Positions 9,360-20,000 of a stretch of DNA of 20,000 nucleotides are shown here, piece by piece. The translations under genes were made by a program, and so were the position numbers. Position 1 is the first letter of the stretch. Every line of letters begins with the position of its first letter. The notes below the pieces were generated by a model that saw only the letters and a program-made list of their open reading frames with translations, was not told the DNA's origin and made no database searches. The DNA comes from Chiloscyllium plagiosum (lineage: Eukaryota), in assembly GCF_004010195.1 (NCBI RefSeq), contig NC_057760.1:4093751-4113750 (forward strand), written 5' to 3'.

Positions 9360-9912
9360 CAGTATAAAGGATACAAATGACATCTCAGAAATAATTGTGA
9401 ATCCTCTGTGATTTAAACAACTAAAAATGTCAGGGAAAGGATACTGAGATGGTCATTTCAACTAAAAGCTAACCAACAATAGACTTCACCCAAAAAAGAA
9501 GTGACTGATGAGATTGAGATTAACTTTTCCAGAATCTAGGGAATTTTGCAAGGTCCATTTAGATTGGAAATTAGTGGATATGATTCCTCTATTCAAGAAA
9601 CTGGAGAGTTAGAAAGCAAGAAATAGCAGGCCAGATAGCTTAACATCTGACATAAGAAAAATTCTAGAATCTATTGTTAGAGATACAGCAGGACATTTTG
9701 AAAGTCTCAAAGCAATCAGGGAGAGTAATTTTATGAAGGAGAAATCACATTTGACTTATTTATTGGAGTTCATTTGAGTTCATCGCAGACATTGGTCGAT
9801 AATGGGAGCCTGTACTTGGATTTGCAGAGTAAATGTTACTGTAACAAGAGCTGGAGGTCTAGGATGTAACATATTAGCATAGGTAAAGGACTGCTTTGCT
9901 GAGCAATGAAGG
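9360..9912 (+). mobile_element. Highly degraded CR1 RT fragment
   Basis: DWKLVDMIPLFKK, RPDSLTS..KILESIVRD and FMKEKSHLTYLLEF remnants. Confidence 0.7.
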
Positions 9913-9959
9913 TTTACAATATATCATTATTATTTGGGAGTTGGGGTCTAAAGCAGAGG

Positions 9960-10960
9960 TAAAAATGCTGCCAACTGGGACTAGATTAATTTAGGGTATC
10001 TGGTAGGACTGGGTGAGTAGGACTGAGGGGTATGTTTCCATGCTGTATTGATTAGGGACTGCCAGCACGGATTTGTGAAGGGTAGGTCTTGCCTTACAAG
10101 TCTTATTGAATTCTTTGAGGAGGTGACCAAATATGTGGATGAGGGTAGAGCAGTGGATGTAGTATACATGGATTTTAGTAAGGCATTTGATAAGGTTCCC
10201 CATGGTAGGCTTATGCGGAAAGTCAGGAGGCACGGGATAGAGGGAAATTTGGCCAATTGGATAGAAAACTGGCTAACCGGACGAAGGCAGAGAGTGGTGG
10301 TAGATGGTAAATACTCAGCCTGGAGCACAGTTACATTTGGAAGGACAAATAAGAATGCAGAATACAGGGTTAACGGTAGGGTTCTTAGTAAGATGGAGGC
10401 GCAGAGGGATCTTGGGGTCTACGTTCGTAGATCTTTGAAAGTTGCCTCTCAGGTGGATAGAGCTTGTAAGAAGGCCTATGATGTATTAGCGTTCATTAAC
10501 AGAGAGATTGAATTCAAGAGTCGTGAGGTGATGTTGCAGCTGTACAGGATCTTGGTTAGGCCACATTTGGAGTACTGTGTGCAGTTCTGGTCGCCTCGCT
10601 TTAGGAAAGATGTGGAAGCTTTGGAGAGGGTGCAGAGAAGATTTACCAGGATGTTGCCTGGAATGGAGAATAGGTAGTACGAGGATAGGTTGAGAGTGCT
10701 AGGCCTCTTCTCATTGGAACGGCGAAGGATTAGGGGTGACTTGATAGAGGTTTATAAGATGATCAGAGGAATAGATAGAGTAGACAGTCAGAAACTTTTT
10801 CTCCGGGTACAACAGAGTGTTACAAGGGGACATAAAAGGGGACCTTTAAGCTGCAATTGGATGGGTGCTTAAGCTAGGACAAATACTCGGCACAACATCG
10901 TGGGCCGAAGGGCCTGTTCTGTGCTGTATTGTTCTATGTTCTATATCTCTATGACTCTGT
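9960..10960 (+). mobile_element. Old CR1 3' tail (9960-10047, resuming ~10943-10960) with a younger internally deleted CR1 (10048-10942) inserted
   Basis: Tail ...TTTCCATGCTGTA | TATCTCTATGACTCTGTG is split by a CR1 with a 209-aa ORF (QHGFVKGRSCLT...RPHLEYCVQFW) and its own tail GGGCCGAAGGGCCTGTTCTGTGCTGTATTGTTCTATGTTCTA. Confidence 0.88.
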
Positions 10961-11039
10961 GGGTTTTATGAAGGTGACTTGTGTTTTTTTTATAATGGTC
11001 AGGAACTTTTTTTTAGAAATGTTAAAATAGCATTTCCAA

Positions 11040-11271
11040 GAAATTGAGTTACTTCGACTAAATGAGCAGACATACTGAGATAATTGCTGAAGGGGAAATC
11101 GTGCCTGACAAATCTACTAGAATTATTGAGTAGATATCCCCTTTGCCTTCGAAAATGAAGCAAATTTGTTTGAAGTTTTTGGAATTCTGTTCCCCAGAGA
11201 TTGGTGAAGGTGGGTCATTGGACACTTTTTTTTTAAAGTAGAGGTAGACAGATTCTTGAACAATTAGGGAG
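11040..11271 (+). mobile_element. Old CR1 fragments; 3' end continues at ~11983-12047 and ~13650-13735
   Basis: KGKSCLTNLLELL and FWNSVPQR...GSLD..KVEVDRFL; tail pieces resume after each nested insertion. Confidence 0.65.
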
Positions 11272-11982
11272 TGTTACAACACTGGGTAAATTCTCCTGCT
11301 CACTATAAACCAGCAACACAAAAGAATTATCCCGTGCAGTAATTTGTGGAAAGTATAAGAGGCCAAGAACTATTTAAAGTAAAAATTAGCAACTTTATTT
11401 CTTAAAGTATAACAGGGAATAATTAACGAACAACTATTTACAACTCCTTCCTCTAACCTATCATTTATCTTCCCTTCTGTAATACTAGTCTGATAAAACT
11501 CCCGATTACGATTTACAAAACATGATTTACGATTTTCTTATCTCCAAACCAGGCAGTTTTCAGTGTTATCTGTATTCCTAACATCTTTTTTTCTTGGGGG
11601 TTCTGCTTCACAGGTTGCTGATTGATAAAGTACCTTTAAGAGAGCTATTTTTCAGTTCATCATTTACATGCTGGTAGCTTGGTAGTTCTCCTCTCAACTG
11701 TTCAATTTTCCCTGGTCTTATACCCCCAAAGCATCAGATTATATCAGTGGCTTTTAAGATTGTAAATAGACTAAATTCAAATTGGATTGGAGTTTGGTAT
11801 TTTTTGGGATTGACCTAATTCGAATCTGTTTTAGTCGTTTCCAGGCAACCAGCTATCCTAGCTACCCCAGTAGCTGGACCATATGTTACATTGTATCTTT
11901 TTTCAGAACGCTTGGTGCTGTCAGGTAGTCTTTGCTAGTTTTTAACTCTTTTAAAGGTACAGTACAGCATTTCTTCGTAAGA
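11272..11982 (-). mobile_element. Probable solo LTR (~710 bp)
   Basis: Termini TGTTACAA...TTCGTAAGA (imperfect TG..CA inverted ends); flanks GGAG/GGGG; minus-strand TATAA at 11718-11722 followed by AATAAA at 11394-11399; interrupts a CR1 3' end. Confidence 0.6.
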
Positions 11983-12047
11983 GGGGCTGAAGATGGTTGG
12001 GGATAGGTGGAAATATGGAGCTCAGGCACAAAGAGATCAATTGTGAT

Positions 12048-13630
12048 CCTTAGTTTTATCCGTCTGCACCTGGACCTCAATGAAGTTTGGGCACAGTATA
12101 CTGAATTCTTCTTCTGTGCCATCGCCTCTATGCCCATTTCTTTGAATAGAAGTCCTCTGCTTCTCCCACAGATCTCTGCTCCTCAGATGCTGCCTGAACT
12201 GCTGTGCTTTTCCAGCACCACTCTAATGCAGAATCTGGTTTCCAGCATCTGCAGTTATTGTTTTTGCCACGGATCTCTTCACCCACCTCCAACACATTCC
12301 CTCCACTTGGGCTCTCTTTCTGGCCTTTAACCTGCACTCAGTCTGTTCATTAAGAAGATTCAACATGATGTTGGTCAGCTTAATCTCTCTGTCCACCCTG
12401 CTCCTCCCCCCCACCCCCCTGGTATATCTCTTGTATATCAATGACATCATTGCTGCTTCCCTGTTTTGTCTGGAATTGGAAAAGTTTATCCATTTTCACT
12501 TGCAGTTTCCACCCTGCTTTCATCTTCACCTAGACCATCTCTGATTTGCTTCTTTTCCATCACCGATATCTCTGTTTTCATTTCTGGGGAAAAGCTGGCT
12601 GCCAATGTTCACAATGTAACCACCGACTCCCACTGTACTTTGTACATCCTCACAATATGCTTCCTGTGAAGACCCTATTTCAAGCTCCTAGTTTCTCCAT
12701 CTCTGTTGGATCTGTTCCGATGAGGCCAGTTTCTCCAAGGGAGCCTCCAAAAGCTCCACCTTTTTCCTTGAACAAGGATTCCCCGTCAGCATAGTTGATC
12801 AGGCTCTCAGTCATGTCTGACTAATCTCCCATACTTCAGCCGTCCCACAACAGCGATCGTGTCTCTCTGATCCTTACGTATCACCCCACCAGTCTTCACA
12901 GCTAAAGGATCATTAACTGCCATATCTGCCACTTCCAGTGGGATGCCACCACCAGACTAATATCCCCCTTCCCTCCCTTGTCAGTCTTCCACAAGGACTG
13001 TTGCCTCTGGAACACCTTGGTCCACTCCTCTTACACTCCCAACATCTTCCCATACTGTCTATGTAACTTTTAAGATGCAATATCTACCTGCTTACTTCCT
13101 CTCTACTCATTATCCAAGGTCCAGATGAAGCAGTGATTTACCTGCACTTCACTCAATCTAGTCTACTATATTCACTGCTCACAATGTGGTCTGCTCTACA
13201 CTGGGAAAAGAAACGCAGGCTGGGTGACTGTTTTCCACAGAATGTGATCCTGAGCTTGCTGATGCCTGTCACCTCAACACACCACTGTATTCCCTGTCCA
13301 AATTCTCTGTTATGGTCTTGCTGCAGTGTTCCAGAGCGGGAGTGCAAGCTCATGTTCCGCTTGAGAACCCTGCAATCTCCATACTGAGTTCAATAATTTT
13401 GGGGCTTGAGTACCTTCTCCTATGTCCTTACTCATTCCCCACACCAGGCCTTGTCATCACATGGGCTGCTGTCACAAACAACCCATTCTCAGTCATGAAT
13501 GGTCCCCATTACCAGAGATTGATTCTTCCAGGTTGACCCCTCTCTGTTTCTTTGTCTGTCCAACTTATTTTATTTCTTTGTCTCTGGGCTCCATCTTCAC
13601 CTATCATTTACTCTTCCCCTTTTCAGATAA
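12048..13630 (+). mobile_element. Degraded Penelope-like element (RT plus GIY-YIG endonuclease), internally deleted
   Basis: Remnants LSFIRL..LNE, YINDII (decayed YIDD, ~12434), ISVFISGEKLAANVH..TDSH, FLHLCWICSDEA, FTCTSLNLVYYIHCSQCGLLYTG..RRLGDCF (GIY-YIG), LMFRLRTLQ; many stops and frameshifts. Confidence 0.85.
12178..12266 (+). mobile_element. Short PLE terminal fragment inserted in the older PLE, 12-bp TSD
   Basis: GATGCTGCCTGAACTGCTGTGCTTTTCCAGCA...CCAGCATCTGCAG flanked by CCACAGATCTCT (12166-12177) and CCACGGATCTCT (12267-12278). Confidence 0.7.
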
Positions 13631-13771
13631 ACCTATTGGACTATAACTTGGTTTTGTGTGATTTTTGACCCTGTTGGGTATAAACGAGGCTTGAAACACA
13701 AATAGCCTTTCTCTGCTCCTTATATTGTTATTGAGTGTTCATCTTTGTGTTGTTTCTACCACATGTTGCAG

Positions 13772-13935
13772 AATCTGAATAATTATGTAACTGGTTGGAC
13801 AGACTGGAACATTGCATTGAATTTGCAAGGTGGCCCGAACTGGGTGAAAAACTTTGCTGACAGTCCAGTCATAGTGAACAGTCATCAGGACACCTTCTAC
13901 AAACAACCTATGTTCTACCACATGGCCCACTTCAG
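13772..13935 (+). CDS. GBA1: Glucosylceramidase, exon equivalent to human exon 9
   Basis: ttgcag|AAT...TTCAG|gtagaa; 164 nt; [55 protein letters not shown]. Confidence 0.97.
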
Positions 13936-14149
13936 GTAGAAGCCATTTATCTGACTCATGGTGTAATTCTGCAGGGCCTGGTGTTTGCACAAGTGCATTT
14001 GTTGTACAAGTTAACACTTCTTAAAGGGAGTTAATGTTTGAGCTGTAGTGTGATGTCTCACTATCTCTGGCTGTAGTATCAGTTAATGGGAGCCTCCCAC
14101 TGTCTCCTCCCAGAGGCACACTTACCTTCTCTATCTCTTCTTGGTCATA

Positions 14150-15051
14150 ATTAGAACAGTACAGGCCCTTCGCCGCTCGATGTTCTGCTGACCTTTGATC
14201 AAACTAACCTACATACCCTTCATTTTACTACCATCCATGTGCCTATTCAAGAGTCGCTTAAATGTCCCTAATATATCTGACTCTCCTACCACCATTGGCA
14301 GTGCATTCCACACACCTACCACTCTGTGTAAATAATCTACTTCTGACATTTCCCTTAAGCCTTCCGACAATCACCTTGCAATTATGCCCTGGTTTAGCCA
14401 TTTCTGCCCTGGGATCAAGTCTCTGACTATTCACTCTATCTATGCCTCTCATCATCTTGTACACCTCTATCAAGTTGCCTCTCACCCTGCTTCAGTCCAA
14501 TGAGAAAAACCTTAGCCCACTCAACCTTTTTTCATAAAACATGCCCTCCAGTCCAGGCAGCATCCTGGTAAATCTCCTTTGCACCCTCTCTTCCACATCT
14601 TTCCTATAGTGAGGCAACCAGAATTGAACACAATATTCCAAGTGTGGTCTAACCAGGGCTTTATAGAGCTGCAGCATAACCTCTCAGCTCTTAAACTCAA
14701 TCCCCCTACTAATGAAAGCCAACACACCATACTCCTAAGCAACCCTGTCAACTTGGATGGCAACTTTGAGGTATCTATGGACGTGGACTCCCAGATTCCA
14801 CTTCTAAGAATCCTGCCTTTATCCCTGTAATCTGCATTCAAATTCCACCTTCCAAAATGAATCACTTCACACTTTTCCAGGTTGAACTCGATCTGCCACT
14901 TGTCAGCCCAGCTCTGCATCCTGTTAATGTTCCCGTTGCAACCTACAATAGTCCTCTGTACAGTCCACCACTCCACCAACCTTTGTGTCATCAGCAAACT
15001 TAGTAACCCACCCTTCCACTTCCTCATCCAAGTCACTTATAAAAATCACAA
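14150..15051 (-). mobile_element. 5'-truncated CR1 LINE, apparently the same subfamily as 8058-9356
   Basis: Minus strand KFADDTK, LQLYKALVRPHLEYCVQFW, RGNLIEVYKMMRGIDRV; tail ending near 14150. Confidence 0.93.
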
Positions 15052-15054
15052 GTT

Positions 15055-15430
15055 AAAAGTGGAGAGTCAAAAAGTGTGGTGCTGGAAAAGCACAGCAGGT
15101 TAGGCAGCATCTGAGTCAACATTTTGGGCATAAGCCCTTCATTGGGACTGCGGGGAGGCCTAAGGAGTCTGAAAGATAATAGGAGGGAGTTAGGGTTGCC
15201 GTTGGGGGTGGGGGGGAGGAAGTGGGGGGTGGATAGGTGGGAAGGAAGATGGACATGAACAAGTTCAAGAGAGCAGTGCCAAGTTGGAGGGTTGGATCTG
15301 GGATAAGGTGGGAGGAGGGGAGATGAGGAAATTGGTGAAATCGATGTTGATCCCTTGTGGTTGCAGGGTCCCATGGTGGAAGATGAGGCATCCTTTCTCC
15401 AGGTGTTGGTTGGTTGGCTAGGATTTGGCA
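15055..15430 (-). mobile_element. Penelope-like element 3' end (GIY-YIG C-terminus, 3' UTR, terminal repeat)
   Basis: Minus strand LIFHHGTLQPQGINIDFTNF followed by a pyrimidine-rich UTR and the GATGCTGCC...TTTTCCAGCA terminus with a decayed hammerhead. Confidence 0.8.
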
Positions 15431-15530
15431 GGGGATATTTGGTTTGTAGGTTAATTTGATCTTAGAGTAGAATAAAAGGTCAGCACAACATCAAGGGCCA
15501 AAGAATCTGTACTGTACTGTTGTGTATTCT
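15430..15530 (+). mobile_element. CR1 3' tail fragment
   Basis: GTAGGTTAATTTGATCTT...GGTCAGCACAACATCAAGGGCCAAAG...TGTACTGTACTG, similar to 9308-9356. Confidence 0.75.
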
Positions 15531-15689
15531 TAAAGGGGCAACCCCTTATTCTGAGACTCTCCCACAAAGGGAGCATAATAAATAAAACCAGGTAAATATT
15601 CCTGTTAATGAAATTCCAATACGGTCCAGTGTCATAAGCCTTTGTTTATATCGAGAATACATTCCATTTGCAATCATCAATCCAAATTG

Positions 15690-16440
15690 ATGGTGAGGAG
15701 GAAGGTTACAGGGCAATATAAACATGTTGGACCCCTGGGCAGATTAGAGGCTGATAGAATTTAACCCGATTAATTGTGAGCACTTTGAAGAAGTAACAAG
15801 ACATGAGAGTATTCCATGAATAGCAGGACACTAGGAAGTTAAGAGGAACAGAGAGTTCTTGGGGCTTATGTCCATATATCCCTGAAGGTGGCAAGATGGG
15901 TTAATATTAACTAGGAGAAAGTGAGGACTGCAGATGCTGGAGATCAGAGCTGAAAAATGTGTTGCTGGAAAAGCGCAGCAGGTCAGGCAGCATCCAAGGA
16001 GCAGGAGAATCGACGTTTCGGGCACGCTTGCCTTTATCAGGAGTGGCATAGCTTGTGGAAACAAGGAAGTTATCTTGGAGCTGTACCTAACTTTGGTGAG
16101 GCCACAGCTGGAGTACTGTGTGCTGCTCTGGTCATCATGCTGTAGAAAGGATTTGATTGTACTGGAGGGGGATGCGGAGGTGATTCTCCAGAATGTTCCC
16201 TGAGATGGAGCCTTTCAACATTGGTGAGAGGGCGCGTAAGTTTGAGTTGTTTTCTTTGGAGCAGAGAAGGCGAACAGGGGACCTGATTGAGTGGATAAGA
16301 TTGATGGGCTGGGCATGGTTGATCGAGAGCAGTCGTTCCCCAGAGAGAGAGAGATAGATCAAAGTGTTTGTATCATTCAGTCTTCACGATGACAGAGGTA
16401 GGTCTTGCGAGAACATAGCTACCACCTGCCTGAAATGGGG
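15690..16440 (+). mobile_element. Old CR1 ORF2 3' fragment, interrupted at 15913-16024
   Basis: EEQRVLGAYVHISLKVA before the insertion; LAFI..NKEVILELYLTLVRPQLEYCVLLWS after it. Confidence 0.8.
15913..16024 (-). mobile_element. Single-arm PLE terminal fragment
   Basis: AGGAGAAAGTGAGGACTGCAGATGCTGGAGATC...GACGTTTCGGGCA; same family as copies A and B, truncated within hammerhead stem II; no TSD seen. Confidence 0.8.
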
Positions 16441-16559
16441 AATAAAGAAAGTTATTAAATGGAGAGCAAAGAAAGTTCTTTTCCTGCCTTACAGTAAAGT
16501 GGGCCTGTGTTGAGCTTCAGGTGGCCTTCACTCTGATGCACATGTTCTTTTCTCTGCAG

Positions 16560-16676
16560 TAAATTTGTTCCTGAGGGTTCTCGACGAGTCGGCCTTGATC
16601 CCAATGCTGTTACTGAGCTGGAATCTGTGGCTTTTCTCCGCCCAGATGGATGTGCAGTCGTCAATGTCCTGAACTG
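16560..16676 (+). CDS. GBA1: Glucosylceramidase, exon equivalent to human exon 10
   Basis: ctgcag|T AAA TTT...AAC TG|gtgaga; 117 nt; KFVPEGSRRVGLDPNAVTELESVAFLRPDGCAVVNVLN versus human [38 protein letters not shown]. Confidence 0.96.
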
Positions 16677-16724
16677 GTGAGAAGCAGCTGTCACAATTTA
16701 AACACTCCATTTGTTCTCAGAGTT

Positions 16725-19270
16725 AGTACAACACAGGAAGAGGCCAGTCTGCTCATCATATTTGCACTTGTAAACACGGCTCTAATTATATGAATCTAAT
16801 TTTCCAGTCCTTGGCCCAGAGCCCTGGAGATTTTGGCAGCACGAGTGAATATTTAAAAATGCTTTGAGTTTGTCTGACTCACCCTTCTGACAGCCAGAGA
16901 GTTCCAGACATTTGCAGTCCTCTTGAGTGAAAATATTTCTTAATGATCAGGGAGAAGGGAAGGCCGATCAGGGATAGTGGAGGGAACTTGTGCGTGGAGC
17001 CTAAGCAGATAGGGGAAGCCCACAATGAGTTTTTTGCTTCAGTTTTCAACAAAGGGACCTTGTTGTGAATGAAAACTTTGAGGAGCTGGGATACAGGCTT
17101 GACCAGATAAAGATTGATGAAGTTGATGTGCTGGAAATTTTGGAAAACATTAAGATTGATAAGTCCCCAGGGCCAGACCAGATTTATCATAGGCTGCTCT
17201 GGGAAGCAAGAAAGGAGGTTGCTAAACCACTGCCAAGGATATTTGCTTCCTCACTCTCCACAGGAGTCGAACCGGAGGATTGGAAGGAGGCGAATGTTGT
17301 TCCTCTTTTCAAGAAGGATAATAGGGAAATCCTTGGCAATTACAGACCAGTCAGTCTTATGTCTGTGGTCAGCAAAGCTTTGGAAAGAATTCTCAGGAAT
17401 AGGATTTATCACTATTTGGCAAAGCATAGTGTGATTAAAGGCAGTCAGCATGGCTTTGTGAGGGGCAGGTCATGCCTCTCAAATCTTATTTAGTTCTTTG
17501 AGGAGGTGTCAAGACAGGTTGACGAAGGTCGAGCAGTGGATGTGGTGTATATGGACTTCAGCAAGGCATTTGATAAGGTTCCCCATGGTAGGCTCATTCA
17601 TAAAGTCAGGAAGTATGGGATACTGGGAGATTTGGCTATCTGGATTCCGAATTGGCTGGCTGACAGAAGGCAGAGAGTGGTTATAGATGGAAAGTATTCT
17701 GCCTGGAGGTCATGTTGAGTGGGGGTCCCGCAGGGCTCTGTTCTTGGGCCTCTGCTCTTTGTAGTTTTTATAAATGACTTGGATGAGGAGATTATGGGGT
17801 GGGTTAGTAAATTTGCAGATGACACAAAGGTTAGAGGTGCAGTCGATAGTATAGAGGGCTACTGCAGGCTGCAGCGCGACATAGACAGAATGCAGAGCTG
17901 GGCTGAGAAATGGCAGATGGGGTTTAACCTGGATAAATGCAAAGTGATGCATTTTGGAAGGTCGAACTCGAATGCTGAATATAGGATTAAAGACAGGATT
18001 CTTGGCAGTGTGGAGGAACAGAGGGATCTGGGTGTGCAAGTACATAGCTCCCTCAAAGTTACCACCCAGGTGGATAGGGTTGTTAAGAAAGCATATGGTG
18101 TTTTAGCTATCGTTAACAAGGGGATAGAGTTTAAGAGCCTCAAGGTTTTGCTGCAGCTCTACAAGACCCTGATGTGACCACACGTGGAATATTGTGTCCA
18201 GTTCTGGTCGCCCTATTATAGGAAAGACACAGAGGCTTTGGAGACGGTGCAAAGAAGGTTTACCAGGATGCTGCCTGGACTAGAGGGCTTGCCTTACGAA
18301 GAAAGGTTGAATATGCTCTGACTTCTCTCTCTGGAGAGGAGGAGGAAGAAAGGAGACCTGATCGTGGTATACAAGATGAGTGGAATAGATCGAGTCAATA
18401 GCCAGAGACTTTTTCGCAGGGCAGGATTGACCGGTACGAGGAGTCATAGTTTGAAGATATTAGGAGGAAGGTATCAAGGAGACATCAGAGGTAGGTTCTT
18501 TATGCAGAGAGTTGTGAATGCGTGGAATGCGTTGCCAGCGGTGGTGGTGGATGCAGAGTCATTGGGGACATTTCAGCAACTGCTGGACATGCACATGGAT
18601 AGCAGTGAATTGAGGGGTGTGTAGGTTAAGCGATTATATTTTACATTAGATTAAACCTCGGCACAACATCGTGGGCCAAAGGGCCTGTTCTGTGCTGTAT
18701 TTTTCTATGTTCTATATTCTAACTCTCCTCTTAGCTTATTACGTTTTATCATAAATCTATGCCCCTTAGTTATGGACTCCTCTACAATTGGAAAAACTCC
18801 CTTCCTATTCACCCTCTCTATGTATGTCATAGTCTTGCAGACCTCAATCAGGTTCCCTCTCAATCTGCACTGGTCCAAGGTAAACAATCCCAAACCATCC
18901 TCGTCAATCTTTTCTTGTAGCTCAGACTATCCAGACTGGGCAGCATCGTGGTGAATCTCCTCTGTACCTTGTTAAGAGTGATCACATCCTCCTTATGATA
19001 TGATGACCAGAACTGCACACAGTCCTCCAGATGTGTGGCCTTACCAGTGTTTTATCCGGATCCAGCATAATCTCCTTGATCTTGCATTTATAAGCTGTGA
19101 CGTATGATACAGTATCCCATGAGCCTTCAGAACCCCCTCTTCTCCCTGTCCTACCTTAATGGACCTGTGAATGTATTCATCAAGGTCCCTCTGATCTTCA
19201 GTACTTGGTCCTACCATGCATTGTGTCAATCCTTGCCTTGTTAGCCTCTCCAAATACATTACCTCACAGT
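16725..19270 (-). mobile_element. Old minus-strand CR1 (16725-16941 and 18715-19270) split by a younger CR1
   Basis: Reversed tail at ~16730-16941; MGLFTLDQCRLRGNLIEVCKTM and EDQRDL..IHRSIKV on the minus strand after 18715. Confidence 0.75.
16942..18714 (+). mobile_element. Relatively young 5'-truncated CR1 LINE (RT plus tail), inactivated
   Basis: DKSPGPDQIY, GNYRPVSL, QHGFVRGRSCL, GVPQGSVLGPLLF, KFADDTK; in-frame stops at 17491 and 18175 plus frameshifts; tail GGGCCAAAGGGCCTGTTCTGTGCTGTATTTTTCTATGTTCTA. Confidence 0.95.
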
Positions 19271-19817
19271 TAACTATTGACTCAGAATGGCTTATTGTTG
19301 TTTCTGTGTGAAAAACAGCCAGAACCTGTTAACTCTGACAGGTAAAGACATTTAAAGTTCTAAAATATTAATTATGTGTCAAGTTTTTAAGCAGTACTCA
19401 CTGGTCTTAATGTCATTCGACATCCAGTCAAAAAGGTGAAGAGAGAATTACCCACCAATTATCTGTCTGCTCTTGTGTAGCATCAGGACTCAGTTTTGTT
19501 GAAGTAGTTCCACTGCCGGTCTGTCTGCTTCTGGGATCTGTCCACTCCTACTGCTTTTAACTTCACTACTGTTGCTCCAGAGTAGCCCACAGCTTCACTG
19601 CCAGTCTTTGTTTAGATTTTGGTCTCTGCTCTTTTGTGGTTAGCCACTGTCTCTAATTCTATACTCCAACAGACAGTGTGTTCCTGGTCACAACCCCTCA
19701 TTCTGTTCTCACAATGCTGTCTTGTCTAAAATGTTGCAGCTGAGTTTCCCAGACCATACACCAGTCAGAGCTGATGATGTGAGTGTATGCTGGGGTCCAA
19801 TAAATGGTGCCCCTTGT

Positions 19818-20000
19818 GCTGAGATGGAAATGTGTTGCTGGAGAAGCGCAGCAGGTCAGGCAGCATCTAGGGAACAGGAGAATCGACGTTTCGGGCATTA
19901 GCCCTTCTTCAGGAATGAGGAAAGTTTGTCCAGCAGGCAAAGATAAAAGATAGGGAGGAGGGACTTGGGGGAGGGACGTCGGAAATGTGATAGGTGGAAA
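19818..20000 (-). mobile_element. Penelope-like element 3' terminus, continuing beyond the window
   Basis: Same terminal repeat family followed by purine-rich sequence (pyrimidine-rich 3' UTR on the minus strand). Confidence 0.82.
19881..19916 (-). ncRNA. Putative minimal hammerhead ribozyme (PLE type)
   Basis: Minus strand attc-CTGAAGA-a-GGGC(taat)GCCC-GAAA-cg-TC-gatt; core intact, one mismatch in helix I. Confidence 0.65.

Noticed and set aside
3373..16676. GBA pseudogene (like human GBAP1)
   Set aside because: All seven exons are open, phase-compatible and canonically spliced, with catalytic residues intact.
16942..18714. Active reverse transcriptase gene, retron or other novel RT system
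   Set aside because: Ordinary CR1 ORF2: 5'-truncated, with stops and frameshifts. The same holds for all RT ORFs in the window.
19481..19560. Candidate last GBA1 exon (tgtgtag|CA...GSVHSYCF*, loosely like human SIHTYLW)
   Set aside because: Wrong phase (supplies 2 nt where exon 10 needs 1; the compatible frame stops after 6 codons) and lacks the DP..G motif. The true last exon is probably beyond the window.

Overview
Vertebrate nuclear DNA; the repeat content (CR1/HER1-type LINEs, HE1-like and other tRNA-derived SINEs, Penelope-like elements) suggests a cartilaginous fish, probably a shark (inference). The + strand carries seven coding exons of lysosomal glucosylceramidase GBA1, equivalent to human exons 4-10. 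All have canonical AG/GT boundaries and human-like lengths (147/134/173/238/225/164/117 nt), and both catalytic glutamates are intact. Exons 1-3 and the last exon appear to lie outside the window. The introns are filled with decayed and nested retroelements: many CR1 fragments, SINEs, an L2 tail, a probable solo LTR and a degraded Penelope-like element (PLE). Most notable: (1) two near-identical ~210-bp fold-back PLE-terminus insertions, each with a 15-bp target-site duplication and a minimal hammerhead-ribozyme motif, intact in one copy; (2) the GBA1 sequence has Ser at the human N188 position and Cys or Trp at R463, where N188S and R463C are human Gaucher alleles; (3) inverted CR1 pairs bracket exons 9 and 10. 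I see no wholly new protein-coding system; most ORF-track entries are repeat debris.
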